Of a stretch of DNA of 64,000 bases, positions 18,563-27,112 are shown one piece after another. The notes below the pieces were generated by a model. That model was not told where the DNA came from. It did not search any database and was given only the letters and a program-made list of their open reading frames with translations. Position 1 is the stretch's first letter. Each line of letters starts with the position of its first letter. The DNA is from an uncultured Planctomycetales bacterium (GTDB lineage: Bacteria > Omnitrophota > Gorgyraeia > Gygaellales > Profunditerraquicolaceae): positions 2,096 to 66,095 of the forward strand of contig CAZOGI010000008.1 in NCBI GenBank assembly GCA_964579435.1, written 5' to 3'. The position numbers and the translations under genes are program-made.

Positions 18563-18943
18563 ATGGAAATCGCGCTCATCGCCCTTCATGCCATCATCTG
18601 TATCTTGCTCATCCTCATCGTCCTCATCCAATCCGGCAGGGGAGGCGGGCTGCTGGAATCCCTCTCGGGAGTCGAGTCGATGTTCGGCACCAAGACCAAT
18701 GCCCTGCTGACACGCACGACCACGGTGCTCTCGACGCTTTTTTTCCTGACCTGCCTGAGCCTTGCCCTCTTCTCGGCGCACCAAAGCCAGTCGCTGCTCA
18801 AAAACGTCGTTGCGCCCGCGGCGCAGGCCGGCACTGCCGCAGCCCCGTCAGCGACCGAAGAGGCGACAGCCGCCGCGCCGCAAACCCCAACGGCAACTCC
18901 GGAAAAACCGGCTGCAGAACCACAAACACCGAAGGCCCCCTGA
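18563..18943 (+). CDS. secG: Preprotein translocase subunit SecG (with extended low-complexity A/P/T-rich C-terminal tail)
   Basis: LIVLIQSGRGGGL...GTKT motif. Its position after pgk-tpiA is conserved. A C-terminal tail of about 50 aa is rich in A, P, T and E. Confidence 0.85.
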   Translation: MEIALIALHAIICILLILIVLIQSGRGGGLLESLSGVESMFGTKTNALLTRTTTVLSTLFFLTCLSLALFSAHQSQSLLKNVVAPAAQAGTAAAPSATEEATAAAPQTPTATPEKPAAEPQTPKAP

Positions 18944-18950
18944 CACGCGC

Positions 18951-20576
18951 GTGACCGTACGGTCGTCTCTCTCTATACCGAACAAAATACTACCCCTCGC
19001 CGGGGTAGTTTTTTTGTGCCTCGCCGTTTTTCCGGCCGCAGCGGCGCAGGACTGCGGCGACGCGATCGTCTCCGCCTCGATCTCCGACGCACGCACCCTC
19101 ATTCCGCTCTTGGCATCGGATTCCGCTTCCGCGGATATCTGCGGCATGATCTATAACGGGCTCGTCAAGTACGACAAAGACCTCAACCTGGTCGGCGATC
19201 TCGCCGAACGCTGGGAGATACAGGACAACGGGCTGACGATCATCTTTTACCTGCGCAAGGACGTGCGCTGGCACGACGGAGCCCCTTTCAGCGCCGAGGA
19301 TGTAGCCTTTACCTTCAACGCCGTCATGGACCCGTTGGTCAAAACGCCCTACCGGGGGGACTTCGAGCGTGTGCGTTCACTGGAGGTCGTCGACCCCCTC
19401 ACGGTGCGGATAACCTATAAAGAGCCCTTTGCCCCGGCCCTCTCCAGCTGGGGAATGTCGATCTTGCCCAAGCACATCCTCGCGGGAAAAGACCTGAATA
19501 CGACGCCGCTCTCCCGCGCGCCCGTCGGCACCGGCCCCTACCGGCTCAAGAGCTGGAAAACCCAGCAGAAGATAGAACTGGTCTCTTTCCCGGGCTATTT
19601 CGAGAGACCGCCGTGTATCGGACGTACGGTCGCCCGCGTCATCCCCGACGCCGCGACCATATTCCTGGAGTTACAGACCCAGGGCATAGACAGCGCCGGC
19701 TTATCGCCCCTGCAGTACCGTCGCCAGACCGATTCCGCCTTCTTCGCGCAGCAGTACCGTAAATTCCGCTTCCCCAGTTTCAGCTACGTCTACATGGGCT
19801 ACAACCTGCGCTCGGAACTCTTCGCGGACATACGCGTGCGCCGGGCGATCAACGCGGCCGTCGACAAAGAAGAGATCATCTCGATGGTCCTGCTGGGGCT
19901 GGGCAGGGCTGCAACCGGCCCGTTCATCCCCGAATCCTGGGCCTTCAACGGCAGCGTCACGCCGGCCCCCTTTGACCCGGCGCTGGCGAAAAAACTCCTG
20001 GCAGAAGCGGGCTGGAAGGACACCGACGCCGACGGATGGCTCGAGCGCAACGGCAGGCGTTTTTCCTTCACCCTCATCTCCAACCAGGGCAACGAGGAGC
20101 GCTCCAAAACCGCCCAGATCATCCAGCGCCGCCTCAAGGAAGTCGGCATCGAAGTCAAGATACAGATCGTCGAATGGAGCGTTTTTTTGAGCGAGTACAT
20201 CGACAAACGCCGCTTCGATGCCGTGCTCCTGGGCTGGTCCCTGCCGCGGGAACCCGACAATTTCGACATCTGGCATTCTTCGAAAACGGGGGAGGGAGAG
20301 TTCAATTTCGTCTCGTACGCAAACCCCGAGGTCGACGAACTCCTGGAGCGCGCCCGGCGCACCTTTGAGCTTTCGGAGCGCGCCCGCTGTTACCGGCGCA
20401 TACATGCCATCCTCTACGAAGAGCAGCCGTATTTGTTCCTGTATGTCCCGGACAGCCTGCCGATACTGCACCGCCGCTTCCGGGGCGTGGAGCCGGCGCC
20501 GGCGGGGATAGGCTATAATTTTATCGAGTGGTGGGTCCCGAAAAACGAACAACGCTACAGCCGATTTCAGCCGTAG
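18951..20576 (+). CDS. ABC transporter substrate-binding protein, family 5 (OppA/DppA-like)
   Basis: Family-5 SBP core (DLAERWEIQDNGLTIIFYLRKDVRWHDGAPFSAEDVAFTF). The start is uncertain. The GTG at 18951 yields a good signal peptide (RSSLSIPNKILPLAGVVFLCLAVFPAAAA/QD), but the intrinsic-terminator hairpin at 18989-19015 then lies inside the coding region. Confidence 0.7.
   Translation: MTVRSSLSIPNKILPLAGVVFLCLAVFPAAAAQDCGDAIVSASISDARTLIPLLASDSASADICGMIYNGLVKYDKDLNLVGDLAERWEIQDNGLTIIFYLRKDVRWHDGAPFSAEDVAFTFNAVMDPLVKTPYRGDFERVRSLEVVDPLTVRITYKEPFAPALSSWGMSILPKHILAGKDLNTTPLSRAPVGTGPYRLKSWKTQQKIELVSFPGYFERPPCIGRTVARVIPDAATIFLELQTQGIDSAGLSPLQYRRQTDSAFFAQQYRKFRFPSFSYVYMGYNLRSELFADIRVRRAINAAVDKEEIISMVLLGLGRAATGPFIPESWAFNGSVTPAPFDPALAKKLLAEAGWKDTDADGWLERNGRRFSFTLISNQGNEERSKTAQIIQRRLKEVGIEVKIQIVEWSVFLSEYIDKRRFDAVLLGWSLPREPDNFDIWHSSKTGEGEFNFVSYANPEVDELLERARRTFELSERARCYRRIHAILYEEQPYLFLYVPDSLPILHRRFRGVEPAPAGIGYNFIEWWVPKNEQRYSRFQP
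18989..19015 (+). terminator. Rho-independent terminator-like hairpin (ACTACCCC-tcgcc-GGGGTAGT + T7) after secG
   Basis: An 8-bp GC-rich stem with a 5-nt loop is followed by TTTTTTT, 46 nt after the secG stop. It overlaps the signal-peptide codons of the downstream SBP gene. Confidence 0.5.
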
Positions 20577-20585
20577 GGAGAACTG

Positions 20586-21554
20586 ATGCTGCGCTACATC
20601 GCCGGCCGCTTGCTGGGCATGATCCCGCTCTTCTTCGGTATAACGATGCTGAGTTTCCTGGTCATCAAGCTGGCGCCCGGAAAATCAGTCATCCTGCAAC
20701 AGGCCCTCAATCCCCGGATATCGGCGCAGGAGCTGGCGCGCCTGGAAAAACTGGAAGGGGAGGACAAGCCGGTCCTGGTGCAGTACCTCAACTGGCTGCG
20801 CAACATCGCGACTTTCAGTTTCGGCACCTCTTTTTCCGACGGCCGTCCGGTCGCAGAAAAAATTATCGAGCGCATCCCGCTGACCCTGGGAATCAACCTC
20901 GCCTCGCTGCTGCTGATCTGCCTCATCGCGCTGCCCCTGGGCATCTACACCGCCCTGCGCGCGGACAGCGGCATCGACCACGGCATTACCGTCATCGGAT
21001 TCCTGATCCTCTCGGCGCCGGCGTTCTGGCTGGCGCTGTTGTGCATGCAGCTGTTCTCGATCCGGCTGGGGCTGCTGCCCCTCTCGGGGGTCACCTCGCT
21101 TGATTTCGAATACTTCAGCCTCCCGGAAAAGATCATCGACGTCATCCGCCACCTGCTGCTGCCGGTGCTCATATCGGGGTTCGGCGGCTTTGTCGGCCTC
21201 TACCGCTATATGCGCTCCAGCATGATCGAAACCCTCAGAGCCCCGTACATCACCGCCGCGCGCGCCAAAGGGCTGCCGGAGCGCACCGTCATCCTCACGC
21301 ACGCCCTGCGCAACGCCGCGCTGCCGGTCATCACGATCCTGGGGCTCTCGCTCCCGGGACTCCTGGGAGGCAGCGTCCTCTTTGAATCGGTCTTCGCCAT
21401 CCCCGGCCTCGGACAGCTCTTTTACGAAGCGGCGATGATGCGCGACAAAAACCTGATCATGGCCGAGGTCGTACTCGTGGCGGTACTGACGATGCTGGGG
21501 AATCTCCTGGCAGACGTCGCCTACCGCCTCGTCGACCCGCGGATACGCACGTGA
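20586..21554 (+). CDS. ABC transporter permease (OppB/DppB-like)
   Basis: BPD_transp_1-type permease with conserved EAA-like loop (MRSSMIETLRAPYITAARAKGL). Confidence 0.85.
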   Translation: MLRYIAGRLLGMIPLFFGITMLSFLVIKLAPGKSVILQQALNPRISAQELARLEKLEGEDKPVLVQYLNWLRNIATFSFGTSFSDGRPVAEKIIERIPLTLGINLASLLLICLIALPLGIYTALRADSGIDHGITVIGFLILSAPAFWLALLCMQLFSIRLGLLPLSGVTSLDFEYFSLPEKIIDVIRHLLLPVLISGFGGFVGLYRYMRSSMIETLRAPYITAARAKGLPERTVILTHALRNAALPVITILGLSLPGLLGGSVLFESVFAIPGLGQLFYEAAMMRDKNLIMAEVVLVAVLTMLGNLLADVAYRLVDPRIRT

Positions 21555-22345
21555 AACGCGCCAACGTTCTGCTTGTAACCGGCATCGCTCTGATCGCGCT
21601 CCTGATCGTCCTGGCGCTGGCTGCGCCGCTTGTATCCCCGGCTGACCCCGCTTCGATCGACAAGGACAACCTCCTCATGCCGCCCTCGCGCGCTCACCCC
21701 TTCGGCACCGATTCCCTCGGGCGCGATATCTACAGCCGGATCCTCTACGGGGCGCGGGTATCGCTGGGTATCGGCCTTATCGCCGTCGGACTTTCGACGC
21801 TGATCGGGGTGGCGCTGGGCGCCCTGGCCGGCTATTACGGCGGCTTCCTCGATTCCCTGATCATGCGCGCGGTGGACATCATGCTCTGTTTTCCCACCTT
21901 CTACCTGATCCTGGCGGTCGTGGCCCTGACCGGGCCCTCGGTCTTCAACATCATGGCGATCATCGGCTGCACCAGCTGGATGGGAACCGCGCGCCTTATC
22001 CGCGGGGAGATCCTCTCCCTGCGCGAACGCGAATTCATCCAGGCCGCCCGGGCAATCGGCGCCTCACCGGCCCGCATCATCGCACGCCACCTGGTACCCA
22101 ACGCCATCGGCCCGGTCATCGTACAGGCAACCCTGGGCATCGGGGGTGCGATTTTGCTCGAATCGGGATTGAGTTTTTTGGGCCTGGGGGTACAGCCGCC
22201 GACCCCCAGCTGGGGCAATATCCTCATCGAATCGAAAGCGACGCTCGGCGTTGCCTGGTGGATAACCGTTTTCCCGGGGTTGAGCATCGTCCTGACCGTC
22301 GTCAGTTTTAATTTCGTCGCCGAAGGGCTCAAGAAAAAATGGTAA
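21551..22345 (+). CDS. ABC transporter permease (OppC/DppC-like)
   Basis: Permease with a C-terminal EAA motif region (EFIQAARAIGAS). ATGA-type overlap with the upstream permease. Confidence 0.85.
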   Translation: MKRANVLLVTGIALIALLIVLALAAPLVSPADPASIDKDNLLMPPSRAHPFGTDSLGRDIYSRILYGARVSLGIGLIAVGLSTLIGVALGALAGYYGGFLDSLIMRAVDIMLCFPTFYLILAVVALTGPSVFNIMAIIGCTSWMGTARLIRGEILSLREREFIQAARAIGASPARIIARHLVPNAIGPVIVQATLGIGGAILLESGLSFLGLGVQPPTPSWGNILIESKATLGVAWWITVFPGLSIVLTVVSFNFVAEGLKKKW

Positions 22346-23151
22346 ACGGATCCTGCGCAGCGCTCCTGGAAGTCCGCGGCCTCACCGTTCGCTTCCGGCA
22401 CGACACCGGGATGCTGCCGGCAGTCGAAGACATCTCTTTTTCTATAGGCAGGAAGGAAACCGTGGTGCTGGCAGGGGAATCGGGCTCGGGCAAGACCGTG
22501 ACCGCCCTGGCGTTGTGCGCGTTGCTTCCTGCCAACGCCGTGATCGAAAGCGGCTCGGCGCTCATGGAAAATACCCAGCTTATCGGCGCCTCTGCCTCAA
22601 CCCTGGTCAGGGTCAGGGGAAAGAAGATAGCCTATATTTTTCAGGAACCCACGGCATACCTGAACCCGGTGATGACCGTTGCCGAGCAGATAATCGAGGT
22701 TATGCGCAACGATCACCCGCAGACCACGCCGGCGCAATGCCGCGCCGAAGCGTTGCAGCTACTGGAGCGCGTCCGGATCGCCTCGCCGCAACGCGTTCTG
22801 GCGCAGTATCCGCACCAGCTCTCAGGCGGGATGAACCAGCGCATAAGTTTGGCGATCGCCCTGGCGTGCAGGCCGCAGCTGCTGATCGCGGACGAACCGA
22901 CGACGGCGCTGGACGTCACCACGGAACACCAGATCCTGCTGCTGCTGAAGGAACTGCAGGCTTGCCTGGGGTTCTCGATGCTTTTTATAACCCACAACCT
23001 GGGTATCGCCCGGCGCATAGCCGCGCGCATCTGCGTGATGCACCGCGGCCGCCTCGTCGAAGAGAACGCCACCGAAGAGCTCTTTGCCCGGCCCCGGCAT
23101 GAGCATACGCGGGAGCTGGTGCGCGCGTACGAACGGATCGGAACCCTATGA
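22339..23151 (+). CDS. ABC transporter ATP-binding protein (OppD/DppD-like)
   Basis: Walker A (GESGSGKT), ABC signature (LSGGMNQR), and Walker B (LLIADEPTTALD). Confidence 0.85.
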   Translation: MVNGSCAALLEVRGLTVRFRHDTGMLPAVEDISFSIGRKETVVLAGESGSGKTVTALALCALLPANAVIESGSALMENTQLIGASASTLVRVRGKKIAYIFQEPTAYLNPVMTVAEQIIEVMRNDHPQTTPAQCRAEALQLLERVRIASPQRVLAQYPHQLSGGMNQRISLAIALACRPQLLIADEPTTALDVTTEHQILLLLKELQACLGFSMLFITHNLGIARRIAARICVMHRGRLVEENATEELFARPRHEHTRELVRAYERIGTL

Positions 23152-23915
23152 TTCTGCGAGCGGAAAACATCACCAAACTTTTTCCCCTCTGGCGCAACAC
23201 GTTTTTGCCCAACGCTTCCGTCCAAAGGGCCCTTGCGGGAGTAAGCTTCTCGGTCCGGCAGGATACGACCCTGGGCATCGTGGGGGAGTCCGGCTGCGGG
23301 AAGACCACGCTGGCAAAGATACTCCTGGGGCTGGTACCCGCAACGAGCGGCACGGTCTGGTTCGACCCCGATCGTATCAGAAATTTCCGTAAAGACGTGC
23401 AGATCGTCTTTCAGAATCCCTATAACAGCCTCGATCCGCGCATGCGCATCGCCGCTACCCTCGGTGAGCCGCTGGCGATCCACCGCATCGGATCAGTTCG
23501 TGACTATCGCAGACGCGCAGCCGAACTCCTGGAAATGGTCGGCTTGCGGGCAGACTCGCTGGGACGGTTTCCCGCCGAATTCTCCGGAGGACAGCGCCAG
23601 CGTATCTGCATCGCCCGGGCCCTGGCCTGCGAACCGAAAATCCTGGTCCTGGATGAACCGATATCATCGCTGGACCTGACGGTCCAAGTAGAGATGCTGG
23701 AGCTCTTTGAGCGCCTTAAAAAAGAGCTGCATCTGACGTATCTGTTTATCAGCCATAATCTTGCCGTCATAAAAAGCATCGCGGATGAGGTGATCGTGAT
23801 GAAAGACGGAGTCATTGTCGAAAAAAACAGTTGCAGCGGAATATTTTCTTCTGCCCAGCATCCCTATACCAAAGCATTGCTGGAAGCGGGAAGGTACAAT
23901 AATAATCTACCATAA
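23148..23915 (+). CDS. ABC transporter ATP-binding protein (OppF/DppF-like)
   Basis: Walker A (GESGCGKTT), signature (FSGGQRQR), and Walker B (ILVLDEPISSLD). Confidence 0.85.
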   Translation: MILRAENITKLFPLWRNTFLPNASVQRALAGVSFSVRQDTTLGIVGESGCGKTTLAKILLGLVPATSGTVWFDPDRIRNFRKDVQIVFQNPYNSLDPRMRIAATLGEPLAIHRIGSVRDYRRRAAELLEMVGLRADSLGRFPAEFSGGQRQRICIARALACEPKILVLDEPISSLDLTVQVEMLELFERLKKELHLTYLFISHNLAVIKSIADEVIVMKDGVIVEKNSCSGIFSSAQHPYTKALLEAGRYNNNLP

Positions 23916-23956
23916 ATTATATAATTATTGATTATGGTAGATAAAGATGCTATACT
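23907..23956 (+). promoter_or_regulatory. Palindromic operator (CTACCATAA-N16-TTATGGTAG) overlapping a TTGATT-17-TGcTATACT promoter upstream of the first pseudopilin gene
   Basis: Perfect 9-bp inverted repeat at 23907-23915 and 23932-23940. The -35 TTGATT (23928-33) lies inside the palindrome. An extended -10 TGCTATACT sits at 23948-23956. A near-identical module recurs at 26009-26057. Confidence 0.45.
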
Positions 23957-23973
23957 TTTTACAGAGGCTGCCC

Positions 23974-24378
23974 ATGCGTACATCCTTTGACCGGGGAGTA
24001 ACCTTAGTTGAAGTCATGCTGGCCGCGGGGATACTGATCTTTGCCCTGAGCGGGATGCTGGCGCTTTTCATACATTGCATGAACCTTAACCAAGCGTCCC
24101 GCCATACCGCAGAGGCAAGCAGCCATGCCCAGATGATCGTTGAACAGATCCGGACAACGAATTTCGGGGCGATCGAGGGCAATATCACGCAGTGGAATCT
24201 CACGACCAGCCAGTTGCAGTCGTCTCCGTACAGCCTCAATACGCTCACCAACGAAACAGCCATTACCAACGTCACCATCTCCGGGAATCCCCTCGGGATC
24301 TCGGTAACGGTGGCCTGGGACGAAAGGGGGAGCCGGTCGATGTCCACGCGCGTGGACACGCTCCTGACCGACTACTGA
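23974..24378 (+). CDS. Prepilin-type N-terminal cleavage/methylation domain protein (pseudopilin / minor pilin)
   Basis: MRTSFDRG|VTLVEVMLAAGILIF has a short basic leader, a glycine at the cleavage site, glutamate at +5 and a hydrophobic helix. The ORF-track start at 23947 falls inside the promoter, so 23974 is preferred. Confidence 0.6.
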   Translation: MRTSFDRGVTLVEVMLAAGILIFALSGMLALFIHCMNLNQASRHTAEASSHAQMIVEQIRTTNFGAIEGNITQWNLTTSQLQSSPYSLNTLTNETAITNVTISGNPLGISVTVAWDERGSRSMSTRVDTLLTDY

Positions 24379-24380
24379 GT

Positions 24381-24845
24381 ATGCGCGGATTCACCCTGTT
24401 GGAGCTGCTGGCCGGAGCGCTCATCACCACCATCCTGGCGGCGGCGGTCTTTTTGGTGCTGTCTTCCGGCGACGCGACGTTCCGCATGGACGCAGGCTGG
24501 GTTGACCTGCAGCAGGAAGCGCGCCGCGGCATAAACGCGATGGTGTCGCCCCTGCGAGAAGCATCCGGCGTGGTCATCACCAGCGACGATGCCAGTTCCG
24601 ACCGGATCACCTTCAACACGACCGTGCAGAGCGGGATCGTGATCTACCGCGACAGCGACGCGCGCCAGATCATACGCACCGCCGCGACAGGAACGCCCCA
24701 GGTGCTGGCAAACGACAATGATGCCCTTAATATAACGCTCTCCGGCGACGTCCTGCGGATCGCGGTGCAGCACTCCCGGTCCGTTTACTCCCGGCCGACG
24801 CTCACCTTTAACCTGACAGAAAGGATCGTGCTGAGAAATGAATAA
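24381..24845 (+). CDS. Prepilin-type N-terminal domain protein (pseudopilin / minor pilin)
   Basis: MRG|FTLLELLAGALITTIL is the canonical GFTLLE class III signal peptide. It begins 3 nt after the upstream stop. Confidence 0.6.
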   Translation: MRGFTLLELLAGALITTILAAAVFLVLSSGDATFRMDAGWVDLQQEARRGINAMVSPLREASGVVITSDDASSDRITFNTTVQSGIVIYRDSDARQIIRTAATGTPQVLANDNDALNITLSGDVLRIAVQHSRSVYSRPTLTFNLTERIVLRNE

Positions 24846-25863
24846 CCGGGGATTTGCGCTCATCTTCGGATTCACGATCATCGCGGTGCTGGCGATCCTT
24901 GCCGGGGCAACGCTCTCGCGCAGCATAAGCGAGGTCCGCCTGACGCAGGAGTATACCGAATCCAACCAGGCGTTCTGGCTGGCGGAAGCCGGGCTCGCCC
25001 AGGTCCTGGCGACGCTGCGCAATGACTCTTCCGTCACCTCGATCAGCGCGACCCCGTTGGGCAGCGGCGGCTATTCGGCGGCGATCTCCGGAAGCGGCAC
25101 CTCGCGGACCGTTATCGGCTCGGGCTTCTTGCCGTACACAAGCCCCCGCCTCACGCGTTCGATCCAGGTCACGATGGTGCGCCATGTCCCGCCTGATTTT
25201 TACGACAATGCCATCTATTCCGCGGAGAACGTGGACCTCAAAGGCACCACCTATATAGTCAACGGGAACGTGACCTATGCCACCAACATCACCAATACCG
25301 GCAACATAAACGGCACCATTGAACAGGATGCCTCGATCTCGCCGCTGGCGCGGCTGGACTTCCAGCAGTTGCGCACGATCAGCGTCGCGCAGGGGAATCT
25401 GTATGTCGTCAGCGGCAGCAAACTCGTCAACCAGGCAACCGGCCTGGAAGGATTCCCCGCATCGTTCTGGTACTCGGCGCCGACGAACTCCTCCGACCCC
25501 ACGACCGGCACGCCCAACATCGTCTATATCGAGGGGGACCTGACGCTCAACGGCAACATCGGGACCATCGGCGGATTCTTCGTCGTCGCCGGAGACGTCA
25601 TCAACACCCCGGATATCACCCAGGATGCCACGATCAACGGCATCGGGATGGTCGAAGGGGCGATATACACGCGCGGTGAGTTCCGGATAAACGGGGGAGG
25701 AGGCAACCTCAACGTCAACGGCGGGGTCTGGTCCGGGGACCAGGCACGGCTCAACGGCAACGCCCAGGTCGACTACAACGCAACGATCATGGGAGCGATC
25801 GAAGGGCTCGGCCTCTCCGGAACGTTCCAGATATCCAATTGGCACGACCTGGCCAATAACTAA
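24838..25863 (+). CDS. PilX N-terminal domain-like pilus assembly protein with N/G/T-rich repetitive C-terminal region
   Basis: N-terminus NRGFALIFGFTIIAVLAIL...AFWLAEAGL follows the PilX_N pattern (hydrophobic helix plus an AEAGL-like motif). The C-terminal 200 aa are rich in N, G and T, resembling a beta-solenoid (NGNVTYATNITNTGNINGT...). Confidence 0.5.
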   Translation: MNNRGFALIFGFTIIAVLAILAGATLSRSISEVRLTQEYTESNQAFWLAEAGLAQVLATLRNDSSVTSISATPLGSGGYSAAISGSGTSRTVIGSGFLPYTSPRLTRSIQVTMVRHVPPDFYDNAIYSAENVDLKGTTYIVNGNVTYATNITNTGNINGTIEQDASISPLARLDFQQLRTISVAQGNLYVVSGSKLVNQATGLEGFPASFWYSAPTNSSDPTTGTPNIVYIEGDLTLNGNIGTIGGFFVVAGDVINTPDITQDATINGIGMVEGAIYTRGEFRINGGGGNLNVNGGVWSGDQARLNGNAQVDYNATIMGAIEGLGLSGTFQISNWHDLANN

Positions 25864-25905
25864 GACACCAGACACCCGAGACAAGGCACCAGAGACCAGG
25901 GGCAA
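25864..25905 (+). repeat. CA-rich tandem heptamer array (ACCAGAC-like units), member of a dispersed intergenic repeat family
   Basis: GACACCAGACACCCGAGACAAGGCACCAGAGACCAGGGG starts one nt after the stop codon. It has the same 7-nt periodicity as the other family members. Confidence 0.5.
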
Positions 25906-26008
25906 CAAAAAATTATAAGAAGACAGGCTATACCCCTCTTCTCATTCCACACTTCAAATCCCCCCTAAAGCTTCTGTTTTAGCGCTGCTGATCAGCACCT
26001 CATTTATT

Positions 26009-26057
26009 CTACCAAAAATTCTTATTTATTTAATTTTGGTAGTTTTTATGCTATACT
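26009..26057 (+). promoter_or_regulatory. Second copy of palindromic operator (CTACCAAAA-N16-TTTTGGTAG) with TGcTATACT extended -10, upstream of the second pseudopilin sub-operon
   Basis: 9-bp inverted repeat at 26009-26017 and 26034-26042 with a 16-nt AT-rich loop. ATGCTATACTT at 26048-26058 is identical to the string at 23947-23957. GGAGGAGG RBS, ATG at 26082. Confidence 0.45.
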
Positions 26058-26081
26058 TGTTTTGGGAGGAGGCGACGGGGT

Positions 26082-26495
26082 ATGCGCAGATACCTAAAGA
26101 AAAAGGGCACAACCCTGGTTGAACTGCTGATCGCCAGCATGATCCTGGTGGTCGCCTTCGGCGGACTCTGCAGCAGCCTGGCGGCAACGGTCTTTATAAT
26201 CGATACCGCCCGGGACGAAACACAGGCAATTACCGACCTGCGCAACATCATGGAACGCATCCGCTCGACGCCGCTCTCTAATATCGTCTCGCTGTTTCCC
26301 CATAACGTCGCAAACGGCCCCGGCAGCAACCCGTACAGCGCCATCGTCGGAGGCTTTCAGCTTACCGCGGAGGCCATCACCATATCGTACCAGGATCCCA
26401 ACAGCGATCCCCTAAAGATCTGCGCCCAAGTACAGTGGCAGGATCGCCGGGGCACGCTCAGGAGCATGCTCCTGAGTACCGCAAAAACGCGCTGA
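26082..26495 (+). CDS. Prepilin-type N-terminal domain protein (pseudopilin)
   Basis: MRRYLKKKG|TTLVELLIASMILVVAF. Confidence 0.6.
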   Translation: MRRYLKKKGTTLVELLIASMILVVAFGGLCSSLAATVFIIDTARDETQAITDLRNIMERIRSTPLSNIVSLFPHNVANGPGSNPYSAIVGGFQLTAEAITISYQDPNSDPLKICAQVQWQDRRGTLRSMLLSTAKTR

Positions 26496-26497
26496 CC

Positions 26498-27097
26498 ATG
26501 AAAAACTCACCGGTTAACAGAGATGCTCGTCGCGGGTTCTCGCTTTTCGAAACGCTCCTCGCCTGCACTCTCACCTGCATCATCGCCGCTGCCGTGTACC
26601 AGATGCAGATCGCCGGATGCACCGGCATCGAACACGGCAAAATCAGGGCGGACCTGCAGGCACAGGCGCGCAATACCCTGGCGCGGATACAGGCGGAGCT
26701 CTCGGCTGCCACGCGCGCGCAGGCAAACACTCCCCCCAACATTTCGATTCCCTCGGCCCCCGGCAACACGACGATCACCTTCTATCTGCCGACCTACACC
26801 TTTTCGGGCAACCGGATTACCGGAGTGGTCATGGATACCGACGGCGCGATAGTCTGGGACGTGAATAATCCGGTGAGCTTCGAATACGATCAGTCTAACC
26901 GTCAAATACTACGCCGCCAAGGAGCCTCTGCCAGCGTCATCGCAACGCACGTCTCAGGCGTCACCTTCACGGACAGCGTCATCGATCCGGCCCTGGCGCT
27001 GGATGAAGTCCGGCTTGAGGTACAATTAGAGATGCAGACAACCCAAGGCAGAACGGTCCAGATCAGCCTGCCCTGCCTTATCCGGCTGCGCAACTAA
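26498..27097 (+). CDS. Prepilin-type N-terminal domain protein (pseudopilin)
   Basis: MKNSPVNRDARRG|FSLFETLLACTLTCIIAAAV. The ATG lies 3 nt after the upstream stop. Confidence 0.6.
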   Translation: MKNSPVNRDARRGFSLFETLLACTLTCIIAAAVYQMQIAGCTGIEHGKIRADLQAQARNTLARIQAELSAATRAQANTPPNISIPSAPGNTTITFYLPTYTFSGNRITGVVMDTDGAIVWDVNNPVSFEYDQSNRQILRRQGASASVIATHVSGVTFTDSVIDPALALDEVRLEVQLEMQTTQGRTVQISLPCLIRLRN

Positions 27098-27112
27098 AAC
27101 AGGGAGGCACCC

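Noticed and set aside
18762-18950. N-terminal extension of the oppA-like ORF (MPSSRRTKASRCSK...) overlapping secG in another frame.
   Set aside because: The out-of-frame overlap with a conserved gene is basic, Arg/Pro-rich and low-complexity. The true start is at or after 18951.
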